From Octopus sinensis (taxonomy: Eukaryota), in NCBI RefSeq assembly GCF_006345805.1, contig NC_043005.1, positions 46,748,001 through 46,812,000 on the forward strand: a DNA stretch of 64,000 bases, read 5' to 3'. The translations under genes were made by a program, and so were the position numbers. Shown here one piece after another: positions 14,303 to 27,149 of this stretch. The stretch's first letter is position 1, and each line of letters opens with the position of its first letter. The notes beneath the pieces were generated by a model. The model searched no databases. It was not told the DNA's origin and saw only the letters and a list, made by a program, of their open reading frames with translations.

Positions 14303-14846
14303 ATAACATAAGGGACTAAAGCCATCTGAATATGGCTAGGGACAGGGCAGGGTGGTGGGGGTGTTACTGTTGCATTTAGCCCCAGGCGAACATCGACGTC
14401 ACCAGAAAGGCCCGACACCGTCACGGTGTCCTTTAACCTGCAAAGGGAGGTAATTCCCCGATGAAGCGGAAACCACACACGGACCATGGTTTCAAGGTGT
14501 ATTGCCTATCGTCGGCGTGTGGTAGGCTTCCGCTTCCTCGACGAACTCTCACTCTGCATCCTGCCCTGTCCCTAGCCATATTCAGATGGCTTTAGTCCCT
14601 TATGTTATCGAGCAGTTACTGTCTATATCTCTTTTAGAGAATTATTATTGCTTTCGAACAGATTTTCGAAATCAGCAAATGTATTTTGCTTGAAAATCTA
14701 TATATGAATATCCTGCAGAGTGAGAGTTCGTCGAGGAAGTAACACCCCCACCACCCTGCCCTGTCCCTAGCCATATTCAGATGGCTTTAGTCCCTTATAT
14801 TATCGAGCAGTTACTGTCTATATCTCTTTTAGAGAATTATTATTGC

Positions 14847-14847
<1 letters not shown>
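14303..14847. repeat. Complex inverted plus direct duplication cluster
   Basis: 14303-14351 is inverted at 14560-14608; 14303-14367 is inverted at 14739-14803; 14560-14652 is directly repeated at 14755-14847; 14534-14558 is inverted at 14714-14738. Confidence 0.9.
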
Positions 14848-14881
<34 letters not shown>

Positions 14882-14890
14882 GTGTGTGTG

Positions 14891-15397
14891 CACAAGGTGT
14901 CCATAAAGTCATGGAGCAATGGTACAAATTTACTTCATTCCTAAACTTTCACAATTAGAATTGATAGAGAATACAATTTTTCAACGAGATGATGCATCTT
15001 GTCACTTTCCCCTGCAAGTTAGGCAGTTTTTAAATGAGAAATTACCTAACAGATGGATTGGAATTCATGAACCATTACTTTGGTCTTCCACGTTCACAGA
15101 ATTTAACTCCATTGGATTTCTTTTTTTAGGGATGCATGAAAAGCATTGCTTATTCAACTAAGCCTCGATCTTTAGAAGATTTGAAAGCAAATATAACTGA
15201 TTTGTTTCAAGGTGTTACTGAAAATCAGCTGGAAACAGTTTTCCGAGAACTACAGAGTCGTATTTCTCTTTGTATTGGTAAAGATGGTGGGTATGTTGAA
15301 AATTAACACGATTCTCCTGTTGACAGATTAATTCTATCACAGTTTCCAAGATACATTATTATTTTAAATTGCAGCAACACTTTATGGACACCCGGTG
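14891..15397 (+). mobile_element. Internally deleted Tc1/mariner element, DD41D (rosa/VS-like) spacing
   Basis: TIRs ggtgtccataaagt / actttatggacacc. Translation FQRD...VRQFLNEKLPNRWIG...W(fs)PRSQNLTPLDF gives 41 residues between the last two Asp after correcting one frameshift. Confidence 0.8.
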
Positions 15398-15820
15398 TAT
15401 GTGTGTGTGTGTGTATGGGTGTCTGTGTGTGTGTGCAGACAGATAGATAGATATATCCAAATGATAACAAGATAAGTAAAATTCTACCCGACCATATGAT
15501 GTATGTATATATATATATATATATATGTATGTATATGTATGTATATATATATATATATTATATATATATATATATAATAGATATATATATATACACAAAT
15601 ATATACATAGTATATTATATATATATATATATATACACACACATGCATGCATACATGTAGAGAGAGAGAGAGAGAGAGCGAGAGAAGAGAGAGAAAGAGA
15701 GAGAGATAGAGGGAGATATAGAGAGAGGGAGGAGAGGGAGATAGGGAGGAGAGGGGATGGAGGGGGAGATAGGATTGGAGATAGAGGGAGGGAGAGAGGA
15801 GAGAAGAGAGAAGAAGAGAG

Positions 15821-15864
<44 letters not shown>

Positions 15865-16639
15865 AAAGTTGTGTTTCGGATCGCTTAAAGAGCTTCTGAG
15901 ATTAAGCGGCACATCTAAGTGACTGGCAATAGTGATGAAAGCATCAATGATAATAAACAATCCATAATTTAGAAAAAAAAACATATGTTATAGACTTTTC
16001 CCTTTATTTCTCAATACATGGGATATTTAAATCCGGAAGCGTAAACAACCATCTGGAAAAAGATTGCTATCAATGTGGTAAAATTTTGTTTCACAGTTTG
16101 GGTATTAAAATATTCCAGAGAAGTCAGTGATCTCTGCGGATACATTAACCCCCATTCGAAGAATAAACAGTATAATCAGAACGTAAAACTGAAATAAATG
16201 TTATCATGTATTTCGCCGGGCGCCACCTTTTATGCTCTTATAACTAATAAGGCAAATACGAAAAATAAAGCAAAGGTGTTGCAGTTAGCAAGAACGTAGA
16301 ATGCCTGCTAAATTGTTTTACCGTATTTCTTTTCGTTTGCGACATGAGTTCTTAATCCGTAACGGTATATACTATATTTCATCATTTCAACGAACATAAA
16401 ATTAGGACTGGCACCATACAGACTTAAGAGAGTAACTTCACAAAACTAGCAGAAATCTTTTCAAAAACTTGCGAATTTTGTTGGAAAGAAGCTCCCATCC
16501 CCCAAAAAGCAACAAATAGAGAGAGAAAGAGAAAGAGAGAGAGAGAGAGTGAGTGAGAGAGTGAGAGAGTGACTGTGTGTAAAAGTTGCCGTATGTATAT
16601 GTATGCACGCCTATTTTTGTGTGTCTTAAAGTTTGAATG

Positions 16640-16870
16640 TGCGTGACCTAGCGGATAGAGTGGTCGGCTCAAACCTTTTGATAACGAGTTCGATTACAGG
16701 TAGTGGTGGTATTCTTGAGCAAGGAGGCTTTAATTTACGCTACTCAAGTCACCGTAGCGGAAAATAAATATGAGCAGCAGCTAGCGATTTGCTCTACGAT
16801 AGACTGGGGTCCCGTTACAAGGCTGTGATCTCACTTGACTAAAGACCTCGGAAATAGGGATAGGCTTCAG
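16640..16870 (+). mobile_element. Old SINE with tRNA head, CORE-like and V-like segments
   Basis: gagttcgattac B-box-like, gtattcttgagcaagg CORE-like, ctacgatagactggggtcccgtt V-like. Confidence 0.5.
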
Positions 16871-17979
16871 TCTGATGATCCTACAAGGTTCGACACAGAT
16901 CTCATCCAGGCTGGTTCTAATTTTCTCAGTTGATAATTTTTTTATGATATTCAGAACAATTCTTCTTTTTAGCAAAAACCAAACAAAATGCTAGTGTTTA
17001 ATAGCTGCCAAGTCAAATGAAGTCTAGCAGTGATCATCCCATCCTCTCTGTTGTGTTTTTATATATAGGATTACATCATCCAATGTAACATTCATATTTA
17101 AGACACTTATTTAATGGAATTTGCTTTCTATTTCTAGCAAGCGGAGTAGCCCATAGAGATTCCCTAGTCGTCTTGCAGAAATACCAAAAATATCCCGAGG
17201 TTGATTTATATAACTATTCTTTGCATTAGTTTATTCCACGACAACGTTGAACCTACTTCAATTAGAGTACCAGAATAACCGAATGACAGAACTTCCTTTC
17301 ATAGTTAGCGATCTCATGTACAAAGCCTATTCACTGATCTCGATGATTCATACTTGAGTGTATTACGCTATTGCTTTACCAAAATTGTACAATAAATGTC
17401 GTCACATTCTACTCCTAGTCTATAATCTACTATGTAGTCATTGAGTATTTTGTCCTCTTCTACGTAAAACGTACCATTTCATTTTCGGGATTACATTCAT
17501 TTACAGAATCCAATCTGGTACAGTTAAGACATCATCATGTTGCCAGTTAAATAAACTTAGAGAGAATATAAGCTTAGGGAGAAATAATATGAAGTTTTGC
17601 GGAATAATGAAGGACGAAATTAATTTACAGTTCGAAACGAAAATTAATGAATAAACACATGATACAGTCGAGTGCATTGAGTCAAGTTGGAAAGAGCATG
17701 TACTCATCTCTAGACATGTAGAATTATTTCAAAAGCAGAATAATATTCCTTCATTATATTACAAGGACACTTCAAATATCTATTTCACCAAATCGCACGT
17801 TTTAAGCCTTAATTATTGAACACGATACGCTAAACAGAATGAAAAAAAAGGTCATAATAACACTTCTCTCCTACTTCGTTTCAATAATTTCTAATTACTG
17901 GAAGCTTACTTTCAGATGTCAATTGAAGATGCATCCATCCATCAATACATACATACATACATACATACATACATACATT

Positions 17980-18011
<32 letters not shown>

Positions 18012-18037
18012 ATGTGTGTGTGTGTGTGATAATTATA

Positions 18038-18076
<39 letters not shown>

Positions 18077-18189
18077 TTTACTTTTCGAGTATCTCAATTA
18101 TCGCTTGCTGTTCACGGCACTGTCACGTTCCAGAAAATCAAGGTAGTTGGTGCCTTTGTCCTAGAAAAAAAAAAAGAAAAAGAAAAAAA

Positions 18190-18600
18190 TAATCACTATG
18201 ACTTTCTGCACTGATTTCCGGCTCTTGAACATCTGAGACCTTGGAGAAGAGCTGTGGTACCATTCTTTTGACTGAGTCATCCCTTCATTATACGACTACA
18301 GTTCGTTTCTTCTCTTTATCGGAAAAGAAAGTGTATCCATTGACTTCCAAAGCTTCCAGCAGATCAGAGCAGAAATCCACCATTCTCTCCTTCTAATGGG
18401 GTGTCATTTGTTTATTTCTCGTATCCAATTTGCGCACACTTTCCGAAACACAAAGCTCATTTCTGTAGCGCATGGTAATCACAGCCTAGTTGTGCAGTAA
18501 ACTCATCGATTGTGACCGCTCACCGCGCGAATCAATAGGTCCTCTCGCAGGCAATTTTTGTAAGTGGCCACGGTTGATGGTTTCTCAGTGTGCGGTTTGA
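18190..18600 (-). pseudogene. Decayed mariner transposase fragment
   Basis: Minus strand reads FRKVCANWI...KERMVDFCSDLLEA...QSKEWYHSSSPRSQMFKSRKSVQKVIV, the mariner WVP-linker to first-Asp region, with stops and frameshifts. Confidence 0.65.
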
Positions 18601-19574
18601 CACAATACTGGCTGTGTTTTTTCTTTAAACTTTATTATTCATTTAAGCACATTGTTCAATGTGCAGTCTCTGTAAATCGCTTATAGTTTTCTGTGCTTGT
18701 CGCACAGCTTGCCCTACTCCTTCGTCAAAAACTAAATGACAGCAAGTTATTTCAACCGGGAACAAACTATTTTCCTGCGATAAAAAAACAGAGTTACTAA
18801 AGCGGAAGCCTTCCCCAAACTAGATGGGCAATTTAAACAGCCAGTACCTGCTAATAAAAAAAAATATGAACGCTTATACTTTATAAATACGAGTTCACAC
18901 CTGCGGTGAGCTAACTTGGAGATTTCGTGCGATAGTGTAACTATTTAACCAAGGTATCTCGGACTGATGAATAGCTTAGCAGAGCACCCCTAGTTGAGTA
19001 ACTATTTCATCAGAGGATTAGCTAGATAAGAAACATATGTTGCCTGCATTTTACTCGTTCTACTCCCCCAATTTGGATTTTATTCACATTTGTAGAAACT
19101 CTAGTTTTTAACCGTATGGTATAAAGAAACTATCAGCTTATCGAATTTCTTTGTAACTTCGACATGCGAAAAAGTGTGTAACCTTCGATTCCAATAAATT
19201 GTTATTGTTCCTTATCGCACACTGTCCATTTTTGCTCTCTCTATCTGCTACGGACTGCTTGAAGCTTACAAAACGTCCTGCGCCTTAATTCCTGGATAAT
19301 ACCCTTGTAAATGTATGTATGTCTGTATGTGTGTATTTATGTACGTATGTATGTATGCATGTATGCATATAAGTATGTGTGTGCGTGTGTGTATTTGTAT
19401 ATATACATGTGTGTATGCATATATATGTGTGTGTGTATATGTGTGTGTATGTGTGTGTATTACATACACATTAATTTTTGTTTTTATGTTATAATTTTAA
19501 AAAAATACATTAAATTGAAGTTTGACTCAATACATTTGGTAGAGTACAAATTTATTATTCATTAACAAATATAT

Positions 19575-20340
19575 ATGGACAATGACTTCAACTTCGGCCA
19601 GCTAAGCCATCATCGGGCTGTAATGCAATGAAGTTCATCTTAGTCTTATATAGTCTCTGTTAAGTTAGGTTTTTCGAAGGTAGCCCGAGTTCTGTAGAAT
19701 GATAATTAGGCTGTATGTCAGGCTGCAGTAGTAAGTTGGAATGAGGAGTGGAGTATTTTCATTGGCTAAATTTAGAAATGTGTTAATTGCTAGAATTTAT
19801 TCCCGCAAGTAGAGTTTGATTAAATAGTTATATGGAATTAGGTATCTTTAGGCGTGTCAGCTTCAGGTCATAGGTATTCAGAAAATAATATAGCTAGGTT
19901 ATTACAGATCTATCGCTTGGTTTGGTTGTTGTTGGTTTATATTATTTGTTGTTGGTATTAATAAGATATTTATCTTTTGTTTTGAGAAAGTAAATGTTAT
20001 AACTTAGAGTTCAGTCCAATGTTTTAAACTTTGTAATTAAGTATGTTTACTAGGTTTCTCAGCTTTTGGGGGATTAGCATTTAAACGTTCAGAAAAGAAT
20101 GCATGTAAATGGTAAGATTTACTTGGTTGGCCGGCTGGCATTAATTATGGCTTTTCACCGGGTTAGATTGATAGGGTGTTGGTTATCACATACTCATGTC
20201 ACTGTCTTATTAGTGGGAAAGTAGATTTTAAAGTTGTTGGTCAGCATGTGCGACTCATATCAACATATGCAAAGAGTGGGCATTATAAAACATGTGCAAG
20301 GAATTGTGAGACCTGTTATTGCTCTATTCTCCCTGCGTTG
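19575..20340 (-). mobile_element. Highly decayed Penelope-like element ending in a relic hammerhead
   Basis: Minus-strand PQKLRNLVN linker-like peptide and a degenerate hammerhead at 19579-19621; protein similarity is weak. Confidence 0.4.
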
Positions 20341-20384
20341 TGTTATTGTAGGTGTGGGTTTGTTTGTTTGTTTGTTTGTTTGTT

Positions 20385-20433
<49 letters not shown>

Positions 20434-20516
20434 GTTTAAGTTTTTGATTTTGTATGTTTGCGAGTTAACATAGGTAACTACGCATATATACCGATTATAG
20501 CAGCAACTCCATCAAA

Positions 20517-20557
20517 GAATATCTGAAGAAGGAATATTATTCCGAAATATCCTATCT
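20517..20557 (+). ncRNA. Minimal type-I hammerhead ribozyme candidate (weak stem I)
   Basis: CUGAAGA-A-GGAAU(AUU)AUUCC-GAAA-UA-UC; stem II has 5 perfect bp; stem I starts with a U-C mismatch. Confidence 0.55.
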
Positions 20558-21073
20558 GACTATGGTTGACTAAATTACAACAGGTATATAGCCCATTGTC
20601 TGTACTGTAGTGCATTGTTGTACCATTCAAAACTCTTTATTCTTTACATACATGTATAAATATAATTATATATTTTCGAAGATTTTGTAGCAAAATTATT
20701 TGAAAACTTGGGAACTCTTGGATAATTTCTACATAACATCTTTGGTGTAAAGTTGTAATATCAGAATGGTGGGGGTAGATGAGCAGAAGGAGGATGGTGG
20801 TGTATGTTCATATTTATTTATTGTGGAAACTTATTGGTTTTAGTGTTCTAATGTTTTGAAGAGTTTGTGCTTATACGGGAAGACTAATTCGGAGTTTCGG
20901 CTCAGAATTTAGTTTCTCAAAGTAAGATTGTGGTAGGATTCGTTGGTACAAAAATTCGGCAGGATTTGTTGTTACTTTTGTATGGTGTGTGTGAGACGAT
21001 GTTTTCTAGTTAATGGTCATTGGCTATTTCATGATGATTTCAACGCCCGTATGTTTGTATACATGCACACACA

Positions 21074-21127
<54 letters not shown>

Positions 21128-21469
21128 ATATATTATATATATAATATATATATATATTATATATATATATATATATAATATATATATAATATATATATGT
21201 ATATGTATGTATAATATATATATGTGTGTATATATATGGATATATATAATAATTATTTGAGGAATATAAATCCAAACTTTAACCAATTACATACGTTTTT
21301 ATTATTTTTTTTGCAATTTACTTGATCATTGATATTTTATAGTTATTTTAATTTTAATATTTCTATATATGTAATTTTCTAGATTGTAATTTAATTGTTC
21401 ATTTTGAATTGATAAAAGGTGTTTTTTTTCTAATATATATATATATGTATATATATTATATATATATAT

Positions 21470-21550
<81 letters not shown>

Positions 21551-21553
<3 letters not shown>

Positions 21554-21983
21554 CGCAGGAGTGGCTGTGTGGTAAATAGCTTGCTAACCAACCACATGGT
21601 TCCGGGTTCAGTCCCACTGCGTGGCATCTTGGGCAAGTGTCTTCTGCTATAGCTCCAGGCCGACCAATGCCTTGTAAGTGGATTTGGTAGACGGAAACTG
21701 AAAGAAGCCTGTCGTATAATTGTATATATGTATATATATATATAAGTGTGTGTGCATATGTTTGTGTGTCTGTGTTTGTCCCCCTAGCATTGCTTGACAA
21801 CCGATGCTGGTGTGTTTACGTCCCCGTCACTTAGCGGTTCGGCAAAAGAGACCGATAGAATAAGTACTGGGCTTACAAAGAATAAGTCCCGGGGTCGATT
21901 TGCTCGACTAAAGGCGGTGCTCCAGCATGGCCGCAGTCAAATGACTGAAACAAGTAAATGAGTAAAAGAGTAAACGAGTAAGA

Positions 21984-21984
<1 letters not shown>
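21551..21984 (+). mobile_element. SINE family A, young full-length copy
   Basis: A-box-like TGGCTGTGTGG, B-box-like GGTTCAGTCCC, CORE-like tcttgggcaagtgtcttc, internal (TA)/(TG) tract, (GAGTAAA)n-like tail. Confidence 0.95.
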
Positions 21985-22026
<42 letters not shown>

Positions 22027-22389
22027 TATGTATATATATTATTTTCATAAGATAAATCGGGGTATCCACCTCATCCACAAGCCTCATATAAACATTCGCA
22101 GAAGTATAGAGCACAGTATTAAATTATAAATGATAACACAAGAAGTATTACATAATTAAATTCATTAAATTCATTACGGCTATTTCCGCTATTGAATATA
22201 ATCACCAAATTCATGTTCCGATATCATTTATTATTTAACATGTAAATATGCAAATATATAATTATATTTATACACATATGCATATATGTGTAAATACCTA
22301 TGTCAATTTAACTCGCAAACATACAAAATCATAAACTTACACCCTCTCTCACTCATACACTCACACACACACGCACACACACACACACA

Positions 22390-22423
<34 letters not shown>

Positions 22424-22624
22424 CACACACACACACACACAAATATATAAGTACACATAAAATCATAACAAACATTAAAGACTTATGTCCTTCACAATCC
22501 TGATATATCATAGAAGCGTTTATTTATTCGTAAATTTTCCGTATAAATCTAATTTGATATTTGTTAGAATTCTATTCCTTCCCTCTCTCTGTGTCTGCAT
22601 GTTATGTATGCTTGATATTATATA

Positions 22625-23902
22625 TCAGGTCATCCCATAAGTTCTGTCCGATTTTGCCTTTTTTTTTAATTGAATGAAATTTAATAGTATTTTAGAATGT
22701 CTAATGGAATTAAAAATTATTTTTTGCATTTGTGTACTTTATAAAATAATTACATATTATTTTACATAATAATAGAATTAAAATTTGTTTGATTAAAGCC
22801 GTTTCGAACATGGAAGTATCCAAAGAATATTTAAGGCACGTAATGTTTTATGAGTACAAAAAAGGAAACTCTGCAGCCGAAGCAACTGGAAACATACACT
22901 CAGTTTATGGGAAAGAATGCTTGAATGAAAGAACTTGCAGAAGATGGTTTGCAAAATTCATATGTAGAGATTTCAGCCTTGAAGATGAAGATCAAACAGG
23001 ACGTACAGTTGAGTTTGATGATTAGCTCCTTGAGGCATTACCTGAAGAAAATTCTGAATTATCAGTTGAAGAATTGGCAATAAAGCTTAGTTCAAACCAA
23101 ACAACTGTTCATCGTCATGTTTAACAACTTGGAAAGGTTCCTAAACTTGGAAAATGGGTGCCTCATGAATTGTCCGAAAGCAACAGCAAATCCCAAGTTG
23201 ACATCTGCTCTTCACTCTATTCTCGCGAACTCATTCACCCTTTTTGGATAGACTTGTGACTGGTGACGAAAAATTGATCTCCTATAGAAATGTTAAACGT
23301 TGTAAACAGTGCCTTGGTAAAAGAAGAAAATCTCAATCAGAACCGAGAAGGGGACTTCATTGGAAAAAGCTTCTTCTCTCTATCTGGTAGGATTGTAAAA
23401 GAGTAATTCATTTTGAATTGTTAGCCCCCAAAGGCAACAATCAATACTCAAGTCTACTGTCAGCAATTAGAGCGTCTGAGCCAAACTTTGAAGAAAAAAA
23501 GACCCGCTTTAGTGAATCGAAAAGAGTGATGTTTCATCAGGAGAATGCACGACCCCACACTGCAAAGATCACATCACAGAAGATCGAAGAGCTTGTTTGG
23601 GAAAAAATTCCTCATCCACCTTATTCTCCCAACCTTGCTCCTTGAGGCTATCATTTGTTTCGTAGTTTACAGAAGCATTTGGGGGACATAACTTTCGCAA
23701 GCCAGGAGGAGGTCGAAACTGACATTTCAGAGTTCTTTGCTTTGAAACCAAATGAGTTTTACATTGATGGGATTAAAAAGCTTGTAAATAGATGGAAGGT
23801 AGTCAGAGATAATCAGGGAAAGTACATTGATGATTAAATTTCAATAAAATATAACTTGTTTTCTTTATTCAAAATTTGAACAGAACTTATGTGTTGACCT
23901 GA
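22625..23902 (+). mobile_element. Full-length (1278 bp) mariner transposon, inactive
   Basis: TIRs tcaggtcatcccataagttctgtccgattttg / caaaatttgaacagaacttatgtgttgacctga, with TA on both sides. Confidence 0.95.
22810..23837 (+). pseudogene. Mariner transposase pseudogene
   Basis: Motifs KWVPHEL, VTGDEK, FHQENARPH and HPPYSPNLAP*GYHLF. Second catalytic Asp appears as E and third as G; several stops and frameshifts. Confidence 0.95.
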
Positions 23903-23983
23903 TATATATGGTCTGATAGAATTTTACTTGTCTTGTTATTTGGATTTATCTATCTATCAATTTATCTGTTTGTCTGTCTGTCT

Positions 23984-24071
<88 letters not shown>

Positions 24072-24097
24072 TACACACACACACACTATATATATAT

Positions 24098-24139
<42 letters not shown>

Positions 24140-24140
<1 letters not shown>

Positions 24141-24466
24141 AACAAGGTGTGTGATTTAAAATACTTGTATCTTGGTAACTATTATAGAATTAATCTGTAA
24201 AAAAGGGTAAGAAAGGAGAATCTTGTTAATTTTCAACATGTCCACCATCAGTACTTATACAAAAAAAATACAACTCTGTAGTTCGCGGAAAATATTTTCC
24301 AGTTGATTTTGAGTAGCACTTTCAAACAAATCAGTTGTTTTTGCTTTCAAAATTTCTAAAGATCAAGGCTTATTTGAATAAACAATACTTTTCCTGTCCT
24401 GTGAAATAATATCCAGTGGAGCCAAATCTGGTGAACGTGGAGGGCCAACGTAATGACCCACTTTTT
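24140..24466 (-). mobile_element. Second fragment of the DD41D-type family
   Basis: Minus strand reads WPPRSPDLAPLD and aligns with 15078-15320 (gatggtggacatgttgaaaattaac vs gatggtgggtatgttgaaaattaac). Confidence 0.8.
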
Positions 24467-24468
24467 TC

Positions 24469-24602
24469 CAAATTCCACCGAGGTCGACTTTGCATTTCAC
24501 CCTCTCGGGTCGATAAAGCTAGTACTCGTTGAGTACTGGGGCCGATGTAAACGGCTAGTTCCCTTCCATAAAATGTCAGATCTTATGCCGATGGTAGAAA
24601 GT
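24469..24602 (+). mobile_element. SINE family C 3' part
   Basis: aaattccaccgaggtcgactttgcatttcaccctctcgggtcgataaa. Confidence 0.75.
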
Positions 24603-25010
24603 ATTTACAAAGGCAGGAAAATAGAAACTTCTTGAAAATGATCTCTACTATTCGTTTGCATCTAACCATGTCGGAGTTAATTTTACCGATCATCCTCTTG
24701 CGGTTCGATATTTTAGAGGATGATGCTGTAATTTAAGCCCAGTTTAGCTCTGATCGAGCAAACTTATAATTAAAAGCATTCCATTCATGATGATCTTGTT
24801 TTATATGTAATCCTTTTGCATCTTGGAACGGCTAAAAGGATGTGAGTGAAAGGAATTTTCTGCGCTGTTTCTAGTAGATCAAGCGACCTCAAAGAGGCTC
24901 ACCAGGTAAACGATAAAATACGTATCTATAATATAATGAGGTAATACTTCTCCTTCAAATATGCTGCTTTTAAGAATTAATATACATGTGTTTGTATGTG
25001 TGTTTGTTTA

Positions 25011-25048
<38 letters not shown>

Positions 25049-25199
25049 TGTCTGTGTGTATAAAACTGAGTTTGGAGGGATGCAGTGTCCGGACGGATAC
25101 TGTATTAATTCTCAGTTAAATTCCAGTTAACGTCTAACCACTTCCATCAGTATTTAACATCTGTGACTACAATTTGCTGAAAGTCGCTCCGTGACTTGC

Positions 25200-25232
<33 letters not shown>

Positions 25233-25259
25233 TATAATACAAAATACATTCATTCATGC

Positions 25260-25311
<52 letters not shown>

Positions 25312-25388
25312 ATCCAAACATGGAAGCATATATATATATATATATATAACATGTATATATATGTATGTATGATATATATTATTAATAT

Positions 25389-25432
<44 letters not shown>

Positions 25433-25589
25433 GTACACACACGCACAATAGTCTTGTCGAGAAGTAATATCGTCTTTTCAGGCAAGTAGCATATAAACCC
25501 ATAAAAGTTGCCCTTCTAATCAACCAGTCAGCATGAAGTTAATGACGAAATGCTAAAGTGGATACGTAGTGTGTGTTCATATGTTGTTT

Positions 25590-26270
25590 GACAGTTCATG
25601 GAACACAAAGAATTTAGTGAGCTGCATATACGGTATTGCATGACAATGCAACACATTCAAAGAAAAACACTGGTACTATATATGCTGGCGATGTGAAGGT
25701 TCGGAAATGCCGAAAGGTGGGTGTTCAAATTCAAAATCAGCGCTTTCCTTCTTCTGGACCGGTTGGACTACGAAGGCCAAATGTTCTGAATAATGACGCT
25801 GTGAAAATGGGAGTTAATAAGGAAACGTCTGCAAGTATCGGGGACTTAAGCTGGAGGCTTGGAAAAATGTATAGCGGTTTGAAAAAATGTATAGGGAATG
25901 AAAGTGGCTACCAAATAAGCAGTCCCTTGAGAATAAAGGTCACATTCAGCAAAGATTTTCCCCAGAAAAGATAAATTCTTTAGGCCGAGAAGCTCTGCCT
26001 TACCTTCCCTATTCACCGTAAATAGATCCATCAGATCTTCAGTTATTCAAGTTATTTGAAGTCTTTGCAAGTGGAAAGACTGTTCTCTAGATTGGACGGT
26101 GTCGAAACGGCGCTCCAAACATTTTCTCTTTCGCAAAATTGGCTTCTGTGTGGTAAAATGTTGTTGCTAACAATTGCAATTATATTCGAAATGAATAAAG
26201 ATATTTATATGTTTTATCCTGATTTAAACTTCTTACATAAAATTCGACAATTTTTCAATACTCCTAACAT
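25590..26270 (+). pseudogene. Decayed, internally deleted mariner
   Basis: LPYSP*IDPSDLQLFK resembles YSPDLAPSDYHLF; HTH-like N-terminal remnant; degenerate 3' TIR near 26240-26268. Confidence 0.55.
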
Positions 26271-26452
26271 ATGTATATATATATATATACTCTAATCTCT
26301 CTTTTATATTTTGATAAGCATAACAAATGCGCAACCGGTAAAAAGAACTTTCACCTAATAATTAAATACTTAAATTACTTCAATTATTTGTCAGCATTTT
26401 CTTCATTTCCTTTTTTATATATCACCACTCGTGTGTCGACATCTCCTTTTTT

Positions 26453-26551
<99 letters not shown>

Positions 26552-27018
26552 TATATATATACATATGTATGTATGCATGTATGCATGTATGGATGTATGC
26601 ATGCATGCATGTATGTATATATATATATATATATACATGCTATATCATATTTCATATTATATATTTGTAATCGCCATTTTGTCTCTTGATTTTTGGTAGA
26701 ATTCAATATGCAGGATTCAAAAATGTTTAACCTTTGTTTGACATATTTTAGTGAAACCTACTTTTAATATTAAGATGTGTATTTTCCTACAGATATTTCA
26801 TGTTGCAATCATGTATCATGTTAAAATTATCTACATATGCAGTTATTGTCGTTGTTTATAATTCATAATTTATCAATTAAAGAATTTCCATCCATGCGGA
26901 AGAACTTTAGAAATTTTAATTATTGGAAGATCTTTATTCATAACATGCTTTACATTGGTACACAAACATACATATATGAATAGACACACATATGCATGTT
27001 TATATATATTTATATATG

Positions 27019-27065
<47 letters not shown>

Positions 27066-27093
27066 TTATGTATATTAGATGTGTGTATATATA

Positions 27094-27149
<56 letters not shown>

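Noticed and set aside
14500-14560. HDV-like ribozyme suggested by ttcctcg
   Set aside because: I could not build P1, P3, P1.1 and J4/2 consistently on either strand.
16872-16905. CUGAUGA-stem-GACA motif
   Set aside because: GAAA is mutated, stems I and III are absent, and it lies in a SINE tail.
18963-19013. Hairpin with CUGAUGA on both strands (snoRNA, hammerhead or pre-miRNA?)
   Set aside because: No box D, no properly placed GAAA or stem I, and the ~13-bp stem is too short for a pre-miRNA.
21551-21630. tRNA-like heads of SINEs as true tRNA genes
   Set aside because: A/B boxes are present, but there is no proper acceptor stem or Pol III terminator, and each head runs into a SINE body.
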